From: Promethearchaeota archaeon
GTDB taxonomy: Archaea > Asgardarchaeota > Lokiarchaeia > Sigyniarchaeales > Promethearchaeaceae
Assembly (NCBI GenBank): GCA_016933055.1
Contig: JAFGBS010000014.1
Location: 182,568 to 214,567, forward strand
Direction of reading: 5' to 3'
Length of the DNA stretch: 32,000 nt
Position numbers and translations under genes: made by a program. Positions 24,560 through 32,000 of this stretch are shown piece after piece (position 1 is the stretch's first letter; every line of letters starts with the position of its first letter). The notes under the pieces were generated by a model, which did no database searches, was not told the origin of the DNA, and saw only the letters and a list, made by a program, of their open reading frames with translations.

Positions 24560-27500
24560 TTACTTATCTTTTAATTTCCAACCAATTGGTTTAGTTTTTG
24601 TTTCAAATCCAATCTTATTCTCTTTACGGAGTTTTTCGAAAACCTCTTTAATCTGTTCCATTTCTGCTTCTATCCCATGATCTTTCAGCGCTTGGTCAAT
24701 AGCTTTCCATAAATCATTCTTGGAACGGATGGTTTGCTCTCTAATTTGGTGAATAGTCGTTTTTTCGATATTTAATTCGATAGAATCCTTCTCATCAATG
24801 ATAAATTTCTCTTGTTCATCTTGAATTTTCTCTTCTAACGTATCCCTAGTTTCTTCTTTTTGGGTGGGATCTTCTTGTGATTCCGTCTCTTCTCTTGATG
24901 TTTCCTTATGTTTTCCTGATTGTTCTTCTCCTTCCTCATCAATATTCTCTTCTTTGCTCTTTTCTGTGGTATCTGTAGCCTCTGTTTCGGTTGTTTCCAC
25001 CTCTTCTTTCTCTTTTTCCAATAAATCTTCAAAAGTTTCCTCTTCTTCGGTAATTTCTTCTTGCTCCACTTTCCTTTCAATGTCTTTTATCATTCTTTTG
25101 GATTTTCTGCGTTTACGTGTTGCAATAAGGGTAATGGAACCCGTTACTACTATAAGTCCAAAACCAATTGCTCCGTATGGAAACCATTTTGATAATTGCG
25201 AGCTAATGTTTATAGATCCATTATATATACTAGTTTCAGAATCAAAGGTCTCAGAGAATATAACACTGAATAAGAGTATTGAATCCGAGGATGGTACTGT
25301 AAACGTAAAAGTAAGTACTCCTTCCGTGTTACTGACTTGAGATATGTTAAGGCTACCGATTTGCAGCTCCACTGTTGCGCCACCTAAAGATGTCCATTCC
25401 GTACTTCCATCTGGGCGGTATTCAATAATGAACCTGAAACTTGTTTCAGTGCCAGGTGTAATTTTAGTTGGTAAGGTGGCCATTGGAGAAATGCGTATTT
25501 CATTTTTGTTAAGTACATTTACAGTAAAGGCAACAGAAGTATTGTGGAAATACGTACGGTTGAGATTAAGATTAAAATTAAGGATGGGAGTCGCGATGTA
25601 AGTTTCTGGAACTATTATCTGGTAGGAGTTCTCGATATAGGTTCCGTAAAAAGAAGTGCCACCTAAGATTAGCTCTGCAATCCCATCTATTAATTCTGAA
25701 TTCGTATAATTATCAATGAGATGGACTAAAATAATGAGATCGTTCCCAAAATAGGCAAATTCGAACGCTAAGTTTTCTTCCTCCATACTATGACCATAAT
25801 CCTGCACTTCCAAGTTTTCATATCTAGTGTCACGATAGGTTATAGTCACAGTAAATTCATCTATTAGGGGATCGAATTCATCGGGATTTAATTCTACTTT
25901 AAAGACATAATCTCCTTCTAGTAAATTTATCGGGATGTTCCAAATTGCGGTTCCATTCTCATTTGTTTCAGCAAGGAACCAATATTGAGTGCCCATAATA
26001 GAAAGATTTACCGTGGTATAAGAAGCAGGTATATCATAAGTGGTTTCTTGGAAAGTATATTGAATCAAGCTGCTTGAACCGCTATATAAGCGATAATGAT
26101 TATCGTCCAATTGCTCTGAATTCTGCCCAAATTGCTGGATCAATTCAAATTCTGCACTACCATTAAGTTTCTGTAATAAAATATTGTAGGTGAACACTTG
26201 TGATTGGTACCCAAGGAGCGTGAATTCAAATCGTGCATAAAAATAACCGAAAGAAATGGAATCCAGATTTAAAATCCATCGGAAAATGTTATTAAATGTG
26301 TCTACAGTAGCTTCACTATTATAAGTTCCATTGATATACAGAGATGCAGTAGCAGCATTAGATAGAAATATGGAATTATTTATATCCCAATACCCAAATT
26401 CGAAAGTTATATTGTTAAATAACTTATAAGCGGTTAGGAAGTCTCCATTTTGCGTAAGATTGCCATCATATCCTGGTATTTGATGATAAATTCCCACTTC
26501 TGTGTAATTAGTTGGCAAAACCCTGACAATTAGAAAGAAATTGAAACTTACCGAATCATAATCTAAACGTTGGAAATTTATTGTAACTAATATTTTGGTA
26601 TTCAGAATTAAGTCATCGGATGGGAAAAGGAATGAATAATTCCCATTAGAAAGATCTGAACCGAGAACTGGAATTCCATTATATATTAAATTACAAGTTG
26701 CACCTACTATCCCTATTGAATTATTTGTGTCAAAATATGAAGCAAACACTTGCACATCATACACTTTAAATCCATTAAAAGAGTTATCTGCAATTGTGTA
26801 TACTAGGGTATCAGTTTCATGACCAAGATGATCGGGTTGTATGATATCATCGAAGGTATAATCTGTGGGTATAAAGGTGGTGTTAATCGTGAATTCATCC
26901 GTGTGATTTTCATAATGAAGTTTTTGTATGGTTATGGTTATTGTATAAACTCCTTCTGTGTTTAAATCTGATTCGGGAATAATCCACAGATACAATCCAT
27001 TGATGTCACTGACGGAGTTGTAGTTTTTTGAATTTAGAGCAAGTCGATGCACATCTGCATTTTCGATACCTACCCCATTTTCTGTATCATAATATTCATA
27101 GAATATTTGTATTCCATATCGAGTATATACAACATAATGACTTCCTTGTAATGGTAATGGATTTGGAGTATGATCGGTTTGAGTTATGGTTGTGAATGAT
27201 AAGGTGGTTGGTAAAACCTGCAGCGTGAGATTAAACTGTAAAGATGCGGTTTGGTAGGTAGACAGTGTAAATGTTACGGAAATCAAATACATTCCCTCCT
27301 CCAGGTTTAGAGTCGGAATAGTCCATGTATAGTTTCCTTCGAATTCGGAATCAATGAAAATGGTTCCACTATTGAAAGAAAGTGTGGGATTTGCACCAGA
27401 AATATATGCAGTATTGTTGAGATCGTAGAAATATATTGATACTTCTGTGTCATACGCGTTATAGGCCACAAAATCAAAACTTGGTTCTCCATTTTGAGTC

Positions 27501-30500
27501 AAATTATCGAAATCTCCGTGATCTGGTTGGACAATGCTATTCAAAATCATATCCGTCGGTAGATTGTAAAATGTAATAACAAATGAATAGGTAGCTTGTT
27601 CATAGTCATCCAAATCGAACGTGATTCTAACGGTATATGTACCCAATGCAACCAAGCTCTGATCAATTTGCCACCCATATATCCCATCTCCATAGTATGC
27701 GGATGAATAATTCACATTTCGGAATTCTAAGGATGAGGTAGTTGCGCCTGGTATAGAGATTAAATGATTTAGATCCCAATAGGATAGGTTTACTGAGAAT
27801 CCATATGCTACATATGCGAAATATCCCTCGGGTAATCCTTGGAAAATCAAGGAATCTGTTCCATAAAGCCCATGATCAGGTTGAGTGATATCAAAGTTTT
27901 GTGTTTCTGTAGGTAAATTATTCAAAGAAAGATTGAATGCGTAATTTTGTGTTTCGTAGAATTGCGATTCCATTATGATCACCACCAGGAAAATCCCTAA
28001 TGTTAAATCATCGGCTGGAATTAGCCAAGTATACTGCCCATCGTCACCTGTATAATCATAATAGGAGAAACCGTTAAAAGATAACGTTGCGGTTGTGGAA
28101 TTTATACTTACTGAGTTATTGATATCTCTGTAAGTCAAATATACTTGAACTCCATATTTGGTATATGCAATATAGTAGTAACCCGGAGGTCCAGAAAAGG
28201 ATAATGTATTCGCATTATCTTCGGATTGAGTAATATCAAAATCAAGCACTTCGGTAGGTAGGGGTTGGATGGTTATGTTAAACATAAAATTAACAGATTC
28301 CCAGTTGATTTTACTGATAATGATTGTAATTGTGTACTGCCCTGTTTTATCGAATATGGGAATATTTGTCCAAGTATACACTCCCCCGACTCCGATGGTC
28401 TCTACATATGGAGTTCCATCAAAGGTTAAGGTTGCAGTAGCATCATTGATTCCTCCCCCAAAGAAAGTATCCATATAGGACGCTTCAACACTGAGGTTGT
28501 AAGACATATAAGCTTGGTAGGAATATTCGAAATAAGGAAGCGTGTTAGAGGTATGATCCGGTTGAATAACATCTTGTAATACTCCATTAGTTGTAATCAA
28601 TGTTAAATTCAGATTGAAATTAATATTCTGACTTTGATGATCCTCTTTGGAAAATTCAATATAGCATGTATAAACACCTACAGTTGCGAATTCAGTTTCC
28701 AATGTCCATACGGCATATCCTGTCGAATTCGTAGTTGTCTCATAGATAGTTCCACCAAAGAATAGAAGTGCTGTTGCCCCCGAAATTAAAGAACCATTAT
28801 CGATATTCCAATACTGGGCAGTTATTGTGGTATTGAAATTACGTAATAGATCATAAGTAGCACCAGTTGCAGTGATATTCTGAGAACTACTGGTTTGATT
28901 GACTTGGGTTATTAAACTATCAGTTTGCCAAGTAATGAAGGAAATATAAAATTCAATGTTGGAAGTCTGATAATTCGTTAATGTGATTGTAATTGTAAAA
29001 TAATAGACTGACCCACTATAATAAAATGAGTTATCCAAAATGAATGTTGCTTCTCCAAGCCCATCGGTGATGTCAATTAGATTCCCTTCTGTAGTAGATA
29101 ATAGTGTAGAAGTCGCACTTGAAACACTTAATCCGTGAATGATGTCATCAAATCGGACCACAATAGTTATATCAGAACCCCCTTTAGCAGTATAGGTATT
29201 TGTAACTGCTGTATAACCCAAAGGTCCATTTGCGTTCGTATAGGACACATTTGATATTTGAGTGGGGATTAGCAAATAATTCAATTGAAAACTATCATTA
29301 CCATCAGCATAGTTGCTATGATTTGAATTAACTGATACCGAGATGATCCCTGAATAGGTTCCAGCCGGAAGAGTAAACATAAAGAAACCGTCCACTGTTC
29401 CCGAAGTATTATAATAGGTGATTCCGTTGATGACAAGAGAAGCATTCCCTTTCGTTCCATCAATCCAGTATCCGTTATTCGTATCAAAAAATCGCACGAA
29501 TACGTAAGTATCATATACTTGATAAGTAGGATAAACTCCTCCCGTCGCTGAGGAGTTCCAATTCCCGTTATATACAGCCCAAACGGTTAAATCTGTTAAT
29601 CCCGTTGCAATATAAATACCAAATGAATCGGTTGCAGTTGCGTAATTTGCTTTTGTGAAGGTGACTTCTGCTGAATTATTCCCTGCAATAGAATCCAGAT
29701 AATCGAGTTGCCAGGAATAAATCCCCCCTATTTCTGAATCGTAATTATAATTCACACCATTGAAATCTATTTGCCCAGTAGTTGCAGTGGATATGAGGGA
29801 GTTGTCTTTTGCATTTCTCCATTGAATTTCTACGAAAATATCAGATCCATAATACTCACCGGAATAGGTGTCGGTGCCTCCGTTATATGTTAGGGTTGTC
29901 GTATCGATCTTCACACTAGTAATTGTTATGGTGGTGGGAACTGCAATCAAATCGACTCGGATATTAAACGATTCCGTCTCATAATTAGCCTTTATTAAAT
30001 CCACAGAAAATAAGTAATCATTTCCGACTGCTATTGTGTCAAAATCTATGTTCCATTCATATATTCCGTTCGCATCGAGATCTGTATCTTGGTATGTAAC
30101 GGAAAATGTTAAGGTTCCAGTGGCTTGAGCAATCAATGCGTTTGTAAACGAATTTCGGAATTCGACTGTAATATGCAAGTCATCCCCATACCAAGCAATA
30201 AAGTCACCAGATGAATTGTCTAACAACTCTCCATACTGTGTGATGATCAGATCATCATAATAAGTAGGACAATTATTGATATCAAAAGTCGTGCTTGTAG
30301 TTTGGGTTTGGTAGTATGATTTATTCACCCCTATCATGGGAATACTATAGTCATTCCCCACAACTTGAATTCCTGTGGGAATAATGAATGTAACTTCTCC
30401 ATTACTGTCCGTTGTATCATAATAGGTTATTCCATTATAGGTCAAATTTGCAAATGCCCCAATAATGGGGGTATTATCGTTATCGATATCCAGATACCGA

Positions 30501-31999
30501 ATGGTTATCGATATATCGGTACCGTAATAAAGATCATAGGGAGTGTTGGAATCAGTAATACCGTATTCAACTTGCTCTAGAGATAAGACTTCAAGAGAAG
30601 TTCGATTAATTACATAAATATTGACACTATATTGTTGAGTAAGATACCATTGTCGAGTGATGGTGAAATTTATTGTGTAATAACTTGAACTTCCCAAAAC
30701 GGGTGTACTATCTAATTCAAGTTCATATAATCCTCCTCCACTATATTGCCACGAGTTTAGAAACGCAGCATTAATGGGGTTCCATATCAACGTTCCACTA
30801 GATATTCCAATAGATGCATTGTTCAGGAAATAGGGAGAAAGAGTGACGTTATTACCCCTAATTATATAATAAGTTGTCGGTGAAAGAGATTGAGTGGTTC
30901 TTATATAGCGATAATAGGTGAACGAGGTAAATTCAGTGATGAAATAATTTTTTTCAGCACGGATTTGGATATCAATCTGACCTAAGGAAGTTGCTTCCCA
31001 TCCATAAATTGTGATATTATAATATCCCCCTCCAAGGCTTTGAACATTATCTGAAGTAAATTCCGCACCCATAATGCTATAACTAATAGTTGCATCAGTG
31101 ATTGGAGTTCCTCGGGTAATTCCATCTACATAAACTTGTATATCGAATTCATCATCATTGAAATAATTCGAACCATTATTAGCACTGACAACCGAAATAT
31201 CCAAGATACCGGTCACGTTAATATATACCTCAACCGTGTCAAAAAGCCCTCCATCATCGGTTAATCGCAAGATAAAACTTTCATATCCCACAATGGCAGA
31301 AAGACTGCCAAATGTAATTACATCGGCAGCCCCATCAATATTTACCACTTTAAAAAGACTGTATCCGGGGTCAATTGACCAAGTTAGTTCATGATCATCG
31401 TGATCAACATCATTTTCGAACAATTTCAAATAGAATTCGAAATCGGCAAAATTTTCCCATTGATTCCAAGTTTCATTATTAATGATAATGGTTTTATCGG
31501 TAATCCATGGTGCATCATTTACTTCTATAACTTGTATTGTTATTGAGATAGAATCAGTTAATCCCCCGCTATCAATCAGCCATAAAGTGAACGTATCAAT
31601 TCCAGAAGCATTCGCTACTGAACTAAATACTAATATATCTGAATCAGAATATTGCCCCATCACCGTGACTAAAGATGTGTCCAATCCAGTGATATACCAA
31701 TCTAAATCCGTTCCCCAGTCTTCAACATCACTTTCAAATCCTGAAAGATGGAAGCTAAAGGTCCCAAAATCCTCGTCTTGTGTCCAACTCGAGTTCCCTT
31801 GAATGATTGTCGGATTTAAGATTGTGGGATTATCATTAACTGGATTTATAGTAATGGTTATGGTAACTGAGTCGGTTAATCCGCCCGAATCCACCAGCCA
31901 TAAGGTGAAGGTATCGGATCCATAAACATTCAAAATGGAACTAAAAGTTAAAACATCATTCGTTGAATTTTCACCAGATATTGTGACAAGTGAGGTATC
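24560..31999 (-). CDS. Giant type-I membrane surface protein (>2470 aa, 5'-truncated): cadherin-like repeats, ~18 Ig-like repeats, TM helix, acidic tail, terminal winged-helix-like domain
   Basis: The frame is open to the right edge (DTSLVTISGENSTNDVLTFSSILNVYG...), so the TTG at 31933 is internal. VNDNP/VNDAP and DVED/DVDHD motifs, dozens of N-x-S/T sequons, TM WFPYGAIGFGLIVVTGSITLIA (25121-25186) followed by RKRRKSKR. Confidence 0.9.
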   Translation of the reverse strand, partial: DTSLVTISGENSTNDVLTFSSILNVYGSDTFTLWLVDSGGLTDSVTITITINPVNDNPTILNPTIIQGNSSWTQDEDFGTFSFHLSGFESDVEDWGTDLDWYITGLDTSLVTVMGQYSDSDILVFSSVANASGIDTFTLWLIDSGGLTDSISITIQVIEVNDAPWITDKTIIINNETWNQWENFADFEFYLKLFENDVDHDDHELTWSIDPGYSLFKVVNIDGAADVITFGSLSAIVGYESFILRLTDDGGLFDTVEVYINVTGILDISVVSANNGSNYFNDDEFDIQVYVDGITRGTPITDATISYSIMGAEFTSDNVQSLGGGYYNITIYGWEATSLGQIDIQIRAEKNYFITEFTSFTYYRYIRTTQSLSPTTYYIIRGNNVTLSPYFLNNASIGISSGTLIWNPINAAFLNSWQYSGGGLYELELDSTPVLGSSSYYTINFTITRQWYLTQQYSVNIYVINRTSLEVLSLEQVEYGITDSNTPYDLYYGTDISITIRYLDIDNDNTPIIGAFANLTYNGITYYDTTDSNGEVTFIIPTGIQVVGNDYSIPMIGVNKSYYQTQTTSTTFDINNCPTYYDDLIITQYGELLDNSSGDFIAWYGDDLHITVEFRNSFTNALIAQATGTLTFSVTYQDTDLDANGIYEWNIDFDTIAVGNDYLFSVDLIKANYETESFNIRVDLIAVPTTITITSVKIDTTTLTYNGGTDTYSGEYYGSDIFVEIQWRNAKDNSLISTATTGQIDFNGVNYNYDSEIGGIYSWQLDYLDSIAGNNSAEVTFTKANYATATDSFGIYIATGLTDLTVWAVYNGNWNSSATGGVYPTYQVYDTYVFVRFFDTNNGYWIDGTKGNASLVINGITYYNTSGTVDGFFMFTLPAGTYSGIISVSVNSNHSNYADGNDSFQLNYLLIPTQISNVSYTNANGPLGYTAVTNTYTAKGGSDITIVVRFDDIIHGLSVSSATSTLLSTTEGNLIDITDGLGEATFILDNSFYYSGSVYYFTITITLTNYQTSNIEFYISFITWQTDSLITQVNQTSSSQNITATGATYDLLRNFNTTITAQYWNIDNGSLISGATALLFFGGTIYETTTNSTGYAVWTLETEFATVGVYTCYIEFSKEDHQSQNINFNLNLTLITTNGVLQDVIQPDHTSNTLPYFEYSYQAYMSYNLSVEASYMDTFFGGGINDATATLTFDGTPYVETIGVGGVYTWTNIPIFDKTGQYTITIIISKINWESVNFMFNITIQPLPTEVLDFDITQSEDNANTLSFSGPPGYYYIAYTKYGVQVYLTYRDINNSVSINSTTATLSFNGFSYYDYTGDDGQYTWLIPADDLTLGIFLVVIIMESQFYETQNYAFNLSLNNLPTETQNFDITQPDHGLYGTDSLIFQGLPEGYFAYVAYGFSVNLSYWDLNHLISIPGATTSSLEFRNVNYSSAYYGDGIYGWQIDQSLVALGTYTVRITFDLDDYEQATYSFVITFYNLPTDMILNSIVQPDHGDFDNLTQNGEPSFDFVAYNAYDTEVSIYFYDLNNTAYISGANPTLSFNSGTIFIDSEFEGNYTWTIPTLNLEEGMYLISVTFTLSTYQTASLQFNLTLQVLPTTLSFTTITQTDHTPNPLPLQGSHYVVYTRYGIQIFYEYYDTENGVGIENADVHRLALNSKNYNSVSDINGLYLWIIPESDLNTEGVYTITITIQKLHYENHTDEFTINTTFIPTDYTFDDIIQPDHLGHETDTLVYTIADNSFNGFKVYDVQVFASYFDTNNSIGIVGATCNLIYNGIPVLGSDLSNGNYSFLFPSDDLILNTKILVTINFQRLDYDSVSFNFFLIVRVLPTNYTEVGIYHQIPGYDGNLTQNGDFLTAYKLFNNITFEFGYWDINNSIFLSNAATASLYINGTYNSEATVDTFNNIFRWILNLDSISFGYFYARFEFTLLGYQSQVFTYNILLQKLNGSAEFELIQQFGQNSEQLDDNHYRLYSGSSSLIQYTFQETTYDIPASYTTVNLSIMGTQYWFLAETNENGTAIWNIPINLLEGDYVFKVELNPDEFDPLIDEFTVTITYRDTRYENLEVQDYGHSMEEENLAFEFAYFGNDLIILVHLIDNYTNSELIDGIAELILGGTSFYGTYIENSYQIIVPETYIATPILNFNLNLNRTYFHNTSVAFTVNVLNKNEIRISPMATLPTKITPGTETSFRFIIEYRPDGSTEWTSLGGATVELQIGSLNISQVSNTEGVLTFTFTVPSSDSILLFSVIFSETFDSETSIYNGSINISSQLSKWFPYGAIGFGLIVVTGSITLIATRKRRKSKRMIKDIERKVEQEEITEEEETFEDLLEKEKEEVETTETEATDTTEKSKEENIDEEGEEQSGKHKETSREETESQEDPTQKEETRDTLEEKIQDEQEKFIIDEKDSIELNIEKTTIHQIREQTIRSKNDLWKAIDQALKDHGIEAEMEQIKEVFEKLRKENKIGFETKTKPIGWKLKDK
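25200..31190 (-). repeat. About 18 degenerate ~105-115 aa Ig-like repeats
   Basis: Recurring A-x-L-x-F-x-G...G-x-Y-x-W-x-I...G-x-Y-x-I-x-I-x-F-x-K-x-x-Y...F-x-I-x-x-x-x-[LI]PT. I counted 18 by eye from the C-terminal strand motif. Confidence 0.7.
31190..31999 (-). repeat. At least three cadherin-like (tandem-95 type) ~100 aa protein repeats
   Basis: DTSLVT...FSS...G-x-DTFTLWL[VI]DSGGLTDS occurs twice nearly identically, with a third degenerate copy (LRLTDDGGLFDT). The repeats are linked by VND[NA]P. Confidence 0.75.
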
Positions 32000-32000
32000 C

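Noticed and set aside
31540-31920. Near-identical nucleotide repeats as CRISPR or a mobile element
   Set aside because: They are two in-frame copies about 300 nt apart that encode the cadherin-like repeat (TFTLWLxDSGGLTDS), with no spacer array.
31931-31933. ORF-track TTG start of the giant protein
   Set aside because: The frame continues to 31999 with sequence matching the next cadherin-like repeat, and there is no signal peptide here.
1-32000. tRNA, rRNA, CRISPR arrays, transposases, integrases, defence systems
   Set aside because: Intergenic gaps are short (under about 270 nt) and AT-rich with no cloverleaf or repeat-spacer pattern, and no ORF carries the relevant motifs.

Overview
AT-rich archaeal chromosomal window, most consistent with an Asgard archaeon of the Lokiarchaeia type. 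This is inferred from an archaeal-type IleRS, a Rad51-like RadA, a roadblock/LC7 protein, a UBC-fold/RING protein and a giant Ig-repeat surface protein. About 17 genes are densely packed, and both edge genes are truncated: the reading frames stay open to positions 3 and 31999. Recognisable housekeeping genes are ileS, ppdK, hypE, radA, a PGI-family isomerase, M1 and M24 peptidases, Hsp20 and dodecin. Three signals stand out. (1) A protein with four tandem cysteine-free E2/RWD-like folds plus a C4HC3 RING, which is a FANCL-like architecture. (2) A signal-less beta-sandwich protein whose central ~220 aa follows the motif order of an adaptor-mu/delta-COP mu-homology domain, lying near a cytoplasmic BBS2-like FG-GAP propeller. 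(3) One ~60 aa winged-helix-like module that occurs twice in that propeller protein and once as the cytoplasmic end of the giant surface protein. I saw no tRNA, rRNA, CRISPR array, transposase, integrase or intein. All family assignments come from motif recognition by eye and from memory; no searches were run.
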